Origin: Adineta ricciae
Taxonomy: Eukaryota
DNA length: 64,000 nucleotides
Direction: 5' to 3'
Assembly: GCA_905250025.1 (NCBI GenBank)
Contig: CAJNOJ010000203.1
Location: 64,001-128,000, forward strand
Numbering within the stretch: the first letter of the stretch is position 1; every line of letters starts with the position of its first letter. This document shows, in pieces, positions 23,861 through 35,357 of the stretch. The position numbers and the translations under genes are program-made. Below the pieces are notes generated by a model that ran no database searches, was not told the DNA's origin, and saw only the letters and a program-made list of their open reading frames with translations.

Positions 23861-24420
23861 TCAAGAACTGCGAGCGTACACTGTAAATCCGTTTTGAGAC
23901 GCATAATAGATTGCAGTATAGCCGGTTGTCATCCAGTGATTAGTAATACCGGTCATACTGCTGAAATGTAGTGCAGTCGATTTGAAACTACAAATTGTTG
24001 TGCTGATTGTCATGGTGATTCCATTACAGGAAGATAATGTCCAAAGTGTACAAGATGCAGCATTGCCACAGAGATATGGATGGGTATCAGTTGGTGACGA
24101 ATTCACTTGAGCTACTGAAGTTTGCACTAAAAACGAGTTACATAGATACACATCTTCAACATTCGTATAAACTATTTCTAAGATTTGAATAAAACAAACA
24201 CTCACTGATAACAGGTGATGCTGTTGTCTCGGTTGATGTGTCTAAAAAGCAAAAGAAAATTCTTGTTTTTCAGACAATAGGATCCTTACACTTTTCTCTA
24301 ATGTACAGTGTTGTTACAGAAGCTAGCGCTACACCTGCCACCAATATACCGATAAGTGTCCATGTTAGACATGAACTGTACTTTGATAATCCTGTTTTCA
24401 TAGCTTTACTTGATTCAAGA
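23861..24420 (-). CDS. Small single-pass membrane/secreted Cys-containing protein, paralog a (at least 2-3 exons)
   Basis: The 5' exon (about 24300-24419) encodes MKTGLSKYSSCLTWTLIGILVAGVALASVTTLYIREK, a signal anchor. The 3' exon (23861-24205) encodes a Cys/Tyr/Trp-rich domain (…PYLCGNAASCTLW…TGYTAIYYASQNGFTVYA). A tandem paralog lies at 24720-25300. Confidence 0.4.
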
Positions 24421-24719
24421 AACATATATTTGATAGAGGATGTCACCTATCACAAATATTTTTACTGCATTTAGAAACGTACGAGACACTTGAGAGCTTT
24501 CTTTTCATGTATGAGTCTCACAAGAGAAAAAAACATAAACACAACTGTACAGCTTTATCCCGGTATGCTCGAAAATATCCATGGAATTTTTTTAATTTAC
24601 ATAAATTATCCAAGAGCTCATCTGTTTGATTTCTTTCTTTATTATTGAGACTTTGTTCAGAGATAGCACATACACATGCTGATAGAGTTCAAATACAGTG
24701 CCACAACAAAATACATGTT

Positions 24720-25300
24720 TTAGTTGAGAAGACCAAACCAATTGACATTCCAGGTATACGTTTGGGACAACGCAAGTAGTATCGTATTGTTTGGATATTC
24801 TGCTGACTGAGCATAAATAGTGAAGCTGTTATTCTGTGCATCGTAGATTGCCGTATAGCCTGTTGCCACCCAATGGTAGCTCACCCCAGCCATGCTTGTG
24901 AAGTAGAGGGGAGTAGAATTGAAATAGCAAATCGTTGTGTCGATAGTGATTGTTATACCAGCCGTGGTAAATAATTGCCATAGCGTGTAGTTCGCCACAT
25001 TTCCACAGATATATGGTTGTTTTGATGCTTGGGATGAATTGGTTTGACTTGCTGTTGGTGCAGTCGATATTGCTGAAATACAATCGGATTTCAAAGTGTG
25101 GATCGGTTTGACCGAATGTCCTTACATTTTTCTCTAATGTATAATGTTAACACCGAGGCAAGTGCAACGCCCATAATTAGAGTGCCAACAAGCACCCATG
25201 TCAAGAACGAACTATATTTCGATATTGTCTGTGTTATAGCATTCGCTTTTCCCGTTCCCATCAGTAGAATTCACTGGAGCACCGTCAGTATTACAACAAT
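24720..25300 (-). CDS. Small single-pass membrane/secreted Cys-containing protein, paralog b
   Basis: About 60% amino-acid identity to paralog a over the C-terminal domain (YICGNVANYTLW…TGYTAIYDAQNNSFTIYA). It has a homologous 5' signal-anchor exon. Same orientation, about 850 nt away. Confidence 0.4.
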
Positions 25301-25560
25301 TTTGCTATTATATTGAAATAAATATGTCGGTCTGAATTTTCATCGCCTTTGAAACCATCAAAGAAAAGGAAAGCTTTTCAAAGACATTTCAATTTGCATG
25401 TTAATACAGGCGAAATCGATTGATACGTACCAAGAAAGAATACTACTGCATAATGTAATCCGCGATGGGCGTGCACTCGAGTGCATAGAAAACCGTCGTT
25501 TTGATTCATCCGAATAGTTTTCCTTCTTTTATTGATATGCATAGAAAAAATAAAGTATAT

Positions 25561-28500
25561 TTACTTCAACAACTGTGAAATTTGCGATACTCCACAGCAA
25601 TTATGATGTATTTTACAATATTCTTCGAAATCTTCACATGAACTGTTCTCCTTGTACAACTGCAGAGTCATATAACCATATGCCCAATACGAAGGTTTTG
25701 TATTCCCATGTCCATGACGATTGAATCCATCGCGATAAGTATACAGATTTCGTTTCATATGCTCTGCTTTGACCAGCGCCCATTCTTCAGCGTAACCCAA
25801 CGTCACAAAGACATGTTCGAATTCGGCTAGTTGAGATGTAAACAAAGCATTGCCATTATTCCAAACTGGCTCATCATTTTTTTTATAATCTCGTCCTAAT
25901 AAGATGACCTTCAGAATATCTAAACGTCGAGGAACTTGCTCGTTTAAATCTAAACATCGATTTTTCAATTCTGCATATCCTAAACTTGATGTATTGGCAA
26001 TGTTGGCTCGGACTTTCCCACGTGTTAAACCCTCTCGCAATAGCATCACCATCTCATCGTGTTTTGGCGCATCAAGAATGGACTGCACCAATGTTGAAGC
26101 TAATGCCGTTCGTTCTGTTTGTCCTTTCGTTGCCAGATCGGTTGCATATTGATTTTCAAAGCGTTTACGAATGTAATCTTGGACAATCTTTCGTGCCGCT
26201 TGTTCATCAACTAAGTCGATCATTTTCATCGTTTCGTTATCACTATTCACTCGACTCGATTTACTCGTGTAAACTAATGCTTGGAAAACATTGTAGAATT
26301 TGAATGTTTCTAAATCGTAATCAATCTGTAATTCTTTGCAAATGAAACTTTCATCGATGGCTGGTATTTGTTTGATACTTTCAATATCGCCATTCACAGC
26401 AGCGGAGAGATACTTCGGTAGAAGCGTTACATAGTCAACATAATAAACTGTTTGTAATAATTCATCGAGATAGGAATTGTCGATATGAACCTGATCATGA
26501 AAGGCAATGTCAGCCAACTGTGGTTCAGGTTCGTACAATGCTTGTAGTGGTGTTCTGTGTGCATTTAAATCTAAACCAATCAGTCGCTCAAGCATCTTCT
26601 GAGCAATCAAATCGGAATCATCACGATTCTTATATTGCCGACGAACGGCTTGCCAAATTTCATAAGTGTACAGAGCACGTAAAATCTTTGGAATCTGCTG
26701 CAATTTTTTCGTGTCCTTCTCACGAAGTAATTTTATCAGTGGACTAATCATATTCGTTGTTCCGTTATTAGCGATGTAGTACGACATGGAAGTATTCTGT
26801 TCTTTGATATAAGGCATGATATGTTGGAAGTAATTTCCAACGACAACTTCATAAGTTTTAACGAGATGTTCGAATGTTTTCAATTGCAATTCCGATTTGT
26901 TCGTGTTTAAGTCTTCGACTAGTTTCCAAATACCAGCACAGATTGTGTAACCAGCTGTCATAGGGACATCTGCTACTAAACGCCGCATGCCAATAGAACA
27001 GGTATATTCCAATACCGAAGGAGCATACTTTTGTAGAAATTTAGCAATGCGTTGGTCTTCGATGATCGGAATGACATTTGCAATGTCTTTATTCGTTGCC
27101 GGAGTTCGTAATGGTTGTCCGTGGGATTGAACAAACGCCATTAAGACATCAGCTAAACTGACGTAACAACCTGGAAAGATTTCATTCACTCGCCAAGTCA
27201 TTGGATCAGGAAATTCTCCGATTGGACCTGAACATGCTATACCTACGATATTTATCATTCGTAGGATATCATTCGCATCTAAATCATCTAACAAGTCATC
27301 GGCAACTAGTTGACATACAGCTCGAATTCCACCGAGGGTAGTATCTTGTGAGAAAAATGAAACTAAATGATTATCGTCATCGATATCTTTCAATTCATCG
27401 ACATGTTCAGCCATTTGTCGAACTTCTTTTCGAAGGATCTCGTTGAAATCTAAACCTTGTGTAACAGCACGTCGTGCTAGACCACGCGCATTCTTCGACG
27501 AACTATCGACTACACGAAGGTATTCAGCCTGTTGTGCTGAATTCAATTGAGAGACTTTATCATCATTAGCAATTTGAGACATACGCATGACGAACGATTT
27601 CTTTCGTCGAGCAATCGAAGCTTTCAAATATTGAACGCGAGCGCGTAAACTGGAATCGTTGAGAAGAGCTTGAACATCATCTTCATTGCCTGACAGGGAA
27701 CTTTCCATATTCTGAAAATAAGCCATCATTTTATTGATTTCATCGAGTGATTCTTTTGTATTGACAACTTTTAAAATCTTCATTTGATTTATATAATAGT
27801 CGATTTTCGTTTTCAATAGTTTTTCATAGCTATCGACCGTTAAACTTTGCTGCATATGAACTTCAACATTGCTGTCGCCAACAGTTAGATTTCCTGTCGG
27901 TAATTTGCTTAACCAAAATAAATTTTCACCGGAAAATAGTGGAATCGTGTCATACGTCGTACTTTGCCATGGGTTACTTTTCAGAATCGCTTCGTTGGAC
28001 TTCAAAAGAGCATTTCGATCTAAAGAATCATCCGAATATAAACTCGCGATCGTCGAAGCAATGAGTTCGTTTCCTAAATCGGTTCGTAGATCGAGTAGAT
28101 TAACACTTGAAACATTATTAAGTTGTAAAAGACTTGACACAGCTCGAGTGTCTGGCTGGGCACTCGAAGTGAACAGTCGAACTGCTTGAGAATTGATTAT
28201 GAAATCATTTTTGATCAATGTAGCTAACTGAGCTGCTAATGATTGTACAAGCTGTTGATCTGCTACTTCTCCATCCGATATTGTCAATAATCGTAAGCTT
28301 CGGCAATCTTTTGGTAATTTATTGAGAATAAAATCAGTCAATGCTGTGATGCCCGTTGCCATGTACGTTCCACCTTGACATTTAATAGCAAAGGTGCTGA
28401 AATTCTTCAAGCGCATGTCGAATACATTGGCTTGATTATCAAATGTGATTAATGTAATGACATCATCGCTATGATAGCCAAGAGCTTTGAAGATCGAAGG

Positions 28501-28692
28501 TAAGATCTGATTAACAAATCTTGGAACCGAATTGCCCATTGACCCAGATCGATCGAGAATAACAATAGTAGAAACTTTCGATTTCGATAGAAGACTCTTT
28601 TTAACATCAGCATTACCAGTAGTATTCAATGTAAGTTTACCGATAAAACCATTTTCATTTGGATATACAAACAGATCAAGCTTAGACGCCAT
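25561..28692 (-). CDS. von Willebrand factor A (vWA) domain protein with a ~850-aa uncharacterised C-terminal region; intronless
   Basis: 1043-aa uninterrupted ORF. The N-terminal vWA has a MIDAS-like DRSGSM (D-x-S-x-S) motif plus TLITFDNQANVF and ISDGEVADQQ strands. I recognise no domain in the remainder. 3.1 kb without an intron, where neighbours have many. Confidence 0.7.
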   Translation of the reverse strand: MASKLDLFVYPNENGFIGKLTLNTTGNADVKKSLLSKSKVSTIVILDRSGSMGNSVPRFVNQILPSIFKALGYHSDDVITLITFDNQANVFDMRLKNFSTFAIKCQGGTYMATGITALTDFILNKLPKDCRSLRLLTISDGEVADQQLVQSLAAQLATLIKNDFIINSQAVRLFTSSAQPDTRAVSSLLQLNNVSSVNLLDLRTDLGNELIASTIASLYSDDSLDRNALLKSNEAILKSNPWQSTTYDTIPLFSGENLFWLSKLPTGNLTVGDSNVEVHMQQSLTVDSYEKLLKTKIDYYINQMKILKVVNTKESLDEINKMMAYFQNMESSLSGNEDDVQALLNDSSLRARVQYLKASIARRKKSFVMRMSQIANDDKVSQLNSAQQAEYLRVVDSSSKNARGLARRAVTQGLDFNEILRKEVRQMAEHVDELKDIDDDNHLVSFFSQDTTLGGIRAVCQLVADDLLDDLDANDILRMINIVGIACSGPIGEFPDPMTWRVNEIFPGCYVSLADVLMAFVQSHGQPLRTPATNKDIANVIPIIEDQRIAKFLQKYAPSVLEYTCSIGMRRLVADVPMTAGYTICAGIWKLVEDLNTNKSELQLKTFEHLVKTYEVVVGNYFQHIMPYIKEQNTSMSYYIANNGTTNMISPLIKLLREKDTKKLQQIPKILRALYTYEIWQAVRRQYKNRDDSDLIAQKMLERLIGLDLNAHRTPLQALYEPEPQLADIAFHDQVHIDNSYLDELLQTVYYVDYVTLLPKYLSAAVNGDIESIKQIPAIDESFICKELQIDYDLETFKFYNVFQALVYTSKSSRVNSDNETMKMIDLVDEQAARKIVQDYIRKRFENQYATDLATKGQTERTALASTLVQSILDAPKHDEMVMLLREGLTRGKVRANIANTSSLGYAELKNRCLDLNEQVPRRLDILKVILLGRDYKKNDEPVWNNGNALFTSQLAEFEHVFVTLGYAEEWALVKAEHMKRNLYTYRDGFNRHGHGNTKPSYWAYGYMTLQLYKENSSCEDFEEYCKIHHNCCGVSQISQLLK

Positions 28693-28911
28693 GCTCCCAA
28701 CTATTGTGAACGTACTTATTCAAACTTGCATTGATTTTATATTATTCGTCAGCCTGATGCAACTGTACTGACAATTAGCGAGGATAACGTCAGCCAAATT
28801 GCACAACATCACATCAATACTTATACGAAAAACAATGGCGTCATCTATATTTTTCGTTTCGTTGTTTGAGTTCTGATACATAGAAGTTTTTATTGGATTT
28901 AAAAAAGAAAT

Positions 28912-29841
28912 TCACGGTCTAGTTACGTTCTGATTCGTGGGTATGCCTACTCGATTGAGTCGTACCCTTCGATGTACACTCTCGCGTACCTTTTTCAATA
29001 GGTCGGGATACATATTCAAGCACAGGATTGGTAAAAGCACGGGGACGAAATAAATAATATATAACATGGTATCTGTTCTATCAAGAAGGAATGTGGGCAG
29101 TATTGTATACCGAACTATTTGCGATAAAGTGAATGGCAACCAAAGAGCGAGATAGAGTGAAGAAATAATCCATAACTGAAATGTCATTTTACGATGACGA
29201 TGCCATTGAATAGCTTGATGATGAGCGATTTTCTTAGAAATCACACGCAAAAAAAGAGTTACGTTCGCCAATGCAATAACAGTTATAGGAAAAGTCACAT
29301 TCACAAGAAATTCAATCAAAGCGTAAAGAGGATCTCCCGTTGTTACAAAACATGGTAAACCACAAATATTTGCATCAAATATCCATTCATTAGTGCATAT
29401 GGGTTGGAGAACGATCAGAACGAAATGGAATATGAATATGTACGCAAAGAATACCGAAATAGGAATGAAATGTAGCATCCAAACTTTCCATCGAATACGC
29501 ATGATGGTATGAGAATGAAATACAAATAAATGCCGTTCAATTGACGCCCAAGCCATGAGATATAAATCGAGTGTGTTCAACGATAATTCGTAGCAAGTCC
29601 ACCAAAGACAATAAGCATTATTTTCAAATAAAACTCTACCTCGATAGAAGTAACTCATCGGCATGGGTAAATTCGTTATAAGGTAAAAGAAATTGAGAAT
29701 AAGAAGAATAAGCCATATGTGATTTTTCGGTTTCGATCGAACATTTCGATCGTACAAGAAATAGACGAAGATTAAAACTGAAACGCATACCGCCGGAATT
29801 TGAAAGATAAGAAGCAGAATAAATTTGAGCATATAATTCAT
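28912..29841 (-). CDS. Seven-transmembrane rhodopsin-like GPCR-type receptor (orphan), intronless
   Basis: 309-aa ORF with 7 hydrophobic helices. ERH sits at the end of TM3 (ASIERHLFVF, a DRY-type position). A conserved W lies in TM4 and a Pro-containing TM6/7. Basic residues follow TM7. Confidence 0.55.
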   Translation of the reverse strand: MNYMLKFILLLIFQIPAVCVSVLIFVYFLYDRNVRSKPKNHIWLILLILNFFYLITNLPMPMSYFYRGRVLFENNAYCLWWTCYELSLNTLDLYLMAWASIERHLFVFHSHTIMRIRWKVWMLHFIPISVFFAYIFIFHFVLIVLQPICTNEWIFDANICGLPCFVTTGDPLYALIEFLVNVTFPITVIALANVTLFLRVISKKIAHHQAIQWHRHRKMTFQLWIISSLYLALWLPFTLSQIVRYTILPTFLLDRTDTMLYIIYFVPVLLPILCLNMYPDLLKKVRESVHRRVRLNRVGIPTNQNVTRP

Positions 29842-31043
29842 GCTTTCTCTCCTAACCTATTGATTTGAAGAGAACTCCTCCAGCACTTTATATATATACC
29901 GTTCAAGTATATCTTTAGAACAACATTTGAAAACGTGCCGTTGACATCCGACATAACATGAGCGCATACATCACATTTACGTCTTTAACTAGCGCTGCTA
30001 TTATTTTTCTAATGAGAATAAGATGCAAATAGGTCGAAAATCACCTAGCAGCTATTCTTGCTTAGCCCTGTGGACAATATAATTATAGCAACCCTAACCA
30101 AGCTGATTACCGAATAATATGCATACTAATTAGATTCTCGAACATAAGTACGGAAACGTACTTTCATCTTGTACGGAAGTCTTCAGAATCCAAGTCCTTA
30201 TTCGTTTTACATGCCAACCTTCTGCCACACCTTTAACTAACTTTAAAATACGTCGAAAGAAGAATTCCAAAACGACGTAGAATCCATTTGCTCAGAGTTA
30301 GCTTGGATGCGCATTAAAAACATGATCTTATTTCATGTTCTTAGTATGTCTGACATATATGCGATTCGCAGATGACAAAAAATGCCTTCCAGTGCATTAA
30401 TGTCCCGATTTGAAAATAACTTTTTAACAAAGTTAACTGGGAACAAAAAGAAGTAACTGCATGAACGTATCAATAATCTTCCTAGAGTTTGGTTGATGGT
30501 ACATCTTGTCTATCAACTTTGATGTACTTCATCATATTGTCCTTTTCGCAACCATTTCAGAGTGAGGTTATAACTAACAAGAAAGAACACAATTCAATGT
30601 ATGATATCCGTCCGTGACAGTCGTATTAAATAAGATTCATGCTATAGAATGCCACCCACGTAAAAAATTATTTATAAGTGTTCGTCATTTACTCAAAAAG
30701 TTTATCAATATAGCTATACAACAAATATTCAATGCAAACAATTCGTAAGTCACACGTTGACAAAGTTCTACCTATTCTCTGACAATCACTAATTAGTGAT
30801 GTCTATACACCAGCACTTTTCAGTCGATCACATTCCTTTTTCTGATCAGTGTAGATCTAAAAGTAATACAAATACAATCATACATTACTTCTCGTCAAAC
30901 AAACAAGAAAATCCACATACTTGGTCGATCGATTCTTTCAGAAAATCTTTCGATTGGATCGAAAAATAACGATCGCATTCGACGATCACGATTAGCATAA
31001 ATTTCTGTTTGACTTGCTTTTTTCGAACCTACAACAGCAATCC

Positions 31044-33800
31044 TTACATTTGTTTTTCTTCGATTGGCCTCTCTTTCATGTACGAAAGAATCTCTTGATC
31101 CGCGATTTTCGTTTCTTTCGCTTGTCGAAAACTATCATTGATAATGGAAAGAAACATGCTTAAGCAAACGAACACAACTATAAATATGAACAAAGTAAAA
31201 CAGAATGGACCAAGAAATGCACCAGCTGCGATCAGTTCAGATGCATCAAATTTCATCAACGTCACTTCAAATAACATTTGTGCTGTACTCAACAGAGTTG
31301 AACATGCTGATAGTTTGGCAACAAATAACAGATAGAACAAGGTAAGAAACGCCATAAATACAACTGAAAACATGATGAAGAATTGAACAAGTTCTTTGCC
31401 AGCTATGCGAAGTGTTTCCGTGAATAATGAAATGCGATGATTGAAACGAAAGAGTTTCACAAATCGAATCAAACCAAAGAAACAACAATAAGCAAGTAAA
31501 TAGGTCAACACATCATTGACATATACTGCCAGTTGTAAATTCACATAAACGTATCCATCACCTGCATGTGTTTCATATTCACCAACATACGGATAAGTGT
31601 GTAATTCATCACTTGATCGATATCGAAATGCTTTGAGAATCGATGAACTGTATGTTCCATCAGTTTCTGTTGTTGTTGTTTCATTCGACCATCCTGGTTG
31701 ATAAGAATGTTTGTCTTCATTGAAGATGCTATAAGTATGTTCACATATGATTTGCAGATGTTGATCATCACATAGCTCTGGTTTGCTTCGAAGTTGTCTG
31801 ATGATGGCCCAGCCGATGAGTCGATTAGATTTGTCATTGAGAAAACCAGAGAGATATCGTGGTGCATCACCATTGTACCATTGTTGAGCACGAAGATTTG
31901 AGAGAAAACTCTTCTCTAGCCAGTTCCAATATTGATCAATTGTCAAAATCTACAATAGACATATTCACATGTTCAACGAACGATCTAAGTAAACAAATAA
32001 ACCTGAGTATAATCGAGAGTAGATTGTCGAGTGTTGAAGAAATACGAACGAAGATGTTTGACTTGATAGAAACTGTTTTGTTCACAATTGGCATAAGTGA
32101 TGATAAAGATCAATGTCGAAAAGATGATATGTAAAGTGAATTCTCGAATGATTAACCACATTTGAATATCTTTGAGACGTTGTTCACGGGCTTCAGCAAT
32201 TTCATTTTCACCAAGTCGTTTTATAGGTGTCCTTGTTTGAAGACTAAACAAAGTGTCATTCTAAACAAAAACAAAGAAACAAACGCGAGTTGTTTTCCGA
32301 TATCTCTGATATGACTAAATATGGAAAGATTGTACCTCAGATGAATGAAGATAACCATCAGCAATATCATCGAACTCTATTCGATCATCATCAATGTATT
32401 CCTTTGCTTCTTTATCAGTTGATGAAGATCGACAGAAAAAGGCAAAAATCACTGCCAAAACTAAGATCTAAAACGAGATTCATGTGATGAAATGAAGTGA
32501 AGAAAGTGAAACGATCTACTTTGATGGGCTGAGAGACAAGAATCGATGAGAAGAAACCAGTGAGAACAGATGTTAACCACTTTTGTGTTTTCACATCACC
32601 AAATTCAATGCCTCGTACGATAATGAAGAAAATCGAAACAACAATGATCATAAATGAGAGAGCGTAGGCAATGAATATACACCACCAAGGAAATGTACCC
32701 GACGTTGGTTTCTTCTTTTGTTTTGTTATTTGTTCGAGATTTGTAAGTCTAAAACAGAATGAGGAGATGGAAGTTTGATGTGATAGAAAGATGCACAAAT
32801 GTTTGTCCAGATGTTTTGATTTTGTACAAGGTTTGTTGTAATGGTGAGATCTGTTGTCGAGATCGAATTCGACGAAAGAATTGAACAATGAAAAGACTTG
32901 GAACTAATGTGAAAAGTTCAACGATGACGCCGATTGCAATCTAGTGAATCACTCGAAAGAGATGTGAACATATTCTAAAGACGATAATGATAATGTTACC
33001 TGTTGTGGTGTGATGTAAAGTGGACCAATGGCTAAACCATTGATCTGTGTTGTATTGGTTGATTTGGCTTCATTTGATAGATCATAATACATGATATTGA
33101 GCAACATGGAAATGAAGAAGAGAACAAAACAACAAATACATCGTTGGACACATGTAAATCGATTGGATGGCGGTCGAGAGAAGATCGAAAACCAGAGATG
33201 ACCATCAGATGCACTGTGATATGCTTTCTTCGATAAGACATAGGAAAACGCTTGTTTTTCCAGTTCACCTTACTCGTCCATCATCTTTTTCAACGGCGAA
33301 CCATCGTTGAGCAATGAAGTAGAATTTATCCATTGTTTGTAAATCACGAACAATGATATATTTGAGATACCATGATGCTGACTGGCCCTCACCTGAATTA
33401 TCATGCAAAATTCGAACGTAATTCAACAATCCCAATGATCTAGATCAACACATGGAAGAGGTGATTTCAATGTGCTCAGAATTCAACTGACTTGGGTACT
33501 GCCATCGCAAAAGCATCAATCCCACCACGTTGCAGAACTTTTCGATGTGGATCAGCCAATGCACGAATATCTGTTTGATCTTCATCACCTGACAGCACAA
33601 AATAAACCTATGACAGACAAAAGAACAAAGAGAGGAAGAGAGAGAGAGTTTCATCGTGATCAAAAATGTTTGAGAAATGTTGTACTTTGGACTTTGTACC
33701 AGCATTTGATCGTTGACCAGTAAAAATAAGAATCTGATAGAAATATTGATCTTGTTTATGATTGTCGATCATCGGTGTCACTCCCAACTATTGACAAACA
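31044..33800 (-). CDS. Polycystin-1-like (PKD1L/REJ-family) protein, 3' part: PLAT domain plus polycystin cation-channel domain; multi-exon
   Basis: Exons at about 33540-33780 encode a PLAT/LH2-like segment (YQILIFTGQRSNAGTKSKV… / FYFVLSGDEDQTDIRALADPHRKVLQRGGIDAFAMAV). Exons at 32415-32888 and 31044-31946 encode TM helices and a PKD-channel region (FVKLFRFNHRISLFTETLRIAGKELVQFFIMFSVVFMAFLTLFYLLF, like the S4-S6 pore region of polycystins). The 5' extent beyond about 33800 is unresolved. Confidence 0.55.
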
Positions 33801-34615
33801 ACAAAAGATGTTGATTTGTAAGAATAATTTCGATCATTTACTTTTTCGATATCTTTTCTATCTTTGAACCGACTGTAGAGCAGAAGAATGACATAGAGAA
33901 CGGATGAGTAGAACCTTCAAGGGAACTATTAATCAATTTACTGCTTCACATTAACTATTCAAAAATGTTCTATGTGTTATTTAGAAACAATGATACTTGG
34001 CTTTTATATTCGAGATAATTAAGAAACTTTCTGTGTTGTCAAATCCTAATTTCGATGTATTTCTAAGTGTAGTAGTGCACATCAATAATTGAATTTGGAG
34101 AATAGTTATGAGGCACAAAATACATGTTAGTAATAAGACTTAGGTTTCTCGTTTGGTTGTGTTGATCTGAAAAACAGTACAATTGCTTCAAAATGCCATC
34201 GAAATTTATTACGTATGTCTTTCCAATTCTCAGCATATTTTCGTCATTTTTAACACAAATGCTAAAACACTGGAATCAATCATCATTAGTAAAGTATGTT
34301 TTATATTAACTACAGCAAGCATTCTTGTTTTCCTGGTAAAGTTCTACTGAGGAAAATCCGATTGAAACGATGGAGCTTGATAGGAAATACTCTCATGTTC
34401 AAAGATAATAGGTCCACAATATTTAATATACTCAACTGCTCAAAATTTGTTCCACGATTAATTCACGCAGACATTCCGTCCACCTGCTACAGATTTCAAT
34501 ATTTCGAGATACTGTTAATGTACGACTACAGAATATACTGAACAAGATCTTTTTATTTCAGTGAAATGCTTGGGTATATTTTTTTTTCTCAGGGATAGGA
34601 AGGAACATGTGTTTG

Positions 34616-35105
34616 TTAAAGTATAAAAATAGACAACCATCCTGCTAGAAGAAGAAGTCCACCGTATGGGGTAACACGACGGTATCGTGCATCGTTTTGA
34701 ATAGCATGATAATACATAGGACCACAAAACAAAGTTACACCGCTGATCAACAATGAACCAGTAATCACCGGGCGACCGACTAATGGTAAACCAAGTAAAG
34801 CAACTGAATGAAGCAGGTGATAGGTTTGTGCCAATTGAAATAACTAAATAAATACTATAAAGAAAGAATAATTGAACTTTTTCTGAGCATACGCGACGAA
34901 GTTCTTCAGATGCACTGTCCTTCATTGTATGAGCCCCGTACACACCTAAACATATCGCCACAGTACCAGACAAGCCAGCGCAGCGAACAAAGTTCTTCGC
35001 TGTTGGTGATAGAAGTACGCCTGTGAATGAAGCAGGTGTCACGGGAGGCGGTGGTGGTGGCGATGGTGTTGGTGGGAGTGGTTTGATTCTAAGTAAAATC
35101 ATTTG
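34616..35105 (-). CDS. TMEM256: TMEM256 (DUF423) family membrane protein, 2 exons
   Basis: The last exon HLLHSVALLGLPLVGRPVITGSLLISGVTLFCGPMYYHAIQNDARYRRVTPYGGLLLLAGWLSIF matches human TMEM256 [40 protein letters not shown]…APAGGTLLLLGWLAL. The upstream exon GLSGTVAICLGVYGAH matches GALSGAAALGFASYGAHG. Confidence 0.65.
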
Positions 35106-35357
35106 GAAATCTCCATGAAAGTAACGAAACAAAAATACTAACCCAATCGATTTTAGAAGACCATCAGTCCATCGACTGATATCTCGAATAATTGCTACGT
35201 CCATCGATATATAGAAACGATCTATAAAACAGTTCGAACATAGTACACAAACATACATTTTCGATTGATCGTTTATATTTTCATAAATAGAATCGAATAA
35301 TGAATGAACAAAAAAAAGCAATACATATCATGTATAGATTCAAAAGAGTGTTCATTA

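Noticed and set aside
24238-25316. Plus-strand ORFs 24238-24474 and 25098-25316, conserved between the two tandem copies
   Set aside because: The conservation reflects DNA-level duplication. The minus strand at the same place encodes a sensible signal-anchor exon (MKTGLSKYSSCLTWTLIGILVAGVALASV…) that joins to the downstream Cys-rich exon, so the plus-strand frames are antisense artefacts.
25904-26303. Plus-strand ORFs inside the vWA gene
   Set aside because: They are antisense to a 1043-aa uninterrupted ORF with a clear vWA domain. Such ORFs are expected by chance in a 3-kb coding region.
29850-31040. 1.2-kb gap with no gene between the GPCR and the polycystin gene
   Set aside because: I scanned both strands. 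There are only short ORFs and no RNA-gene-like structure I could recognise by eye (no tRNA cloverleaf candidates found). It probably holds UTRs or an intergenic spacer.
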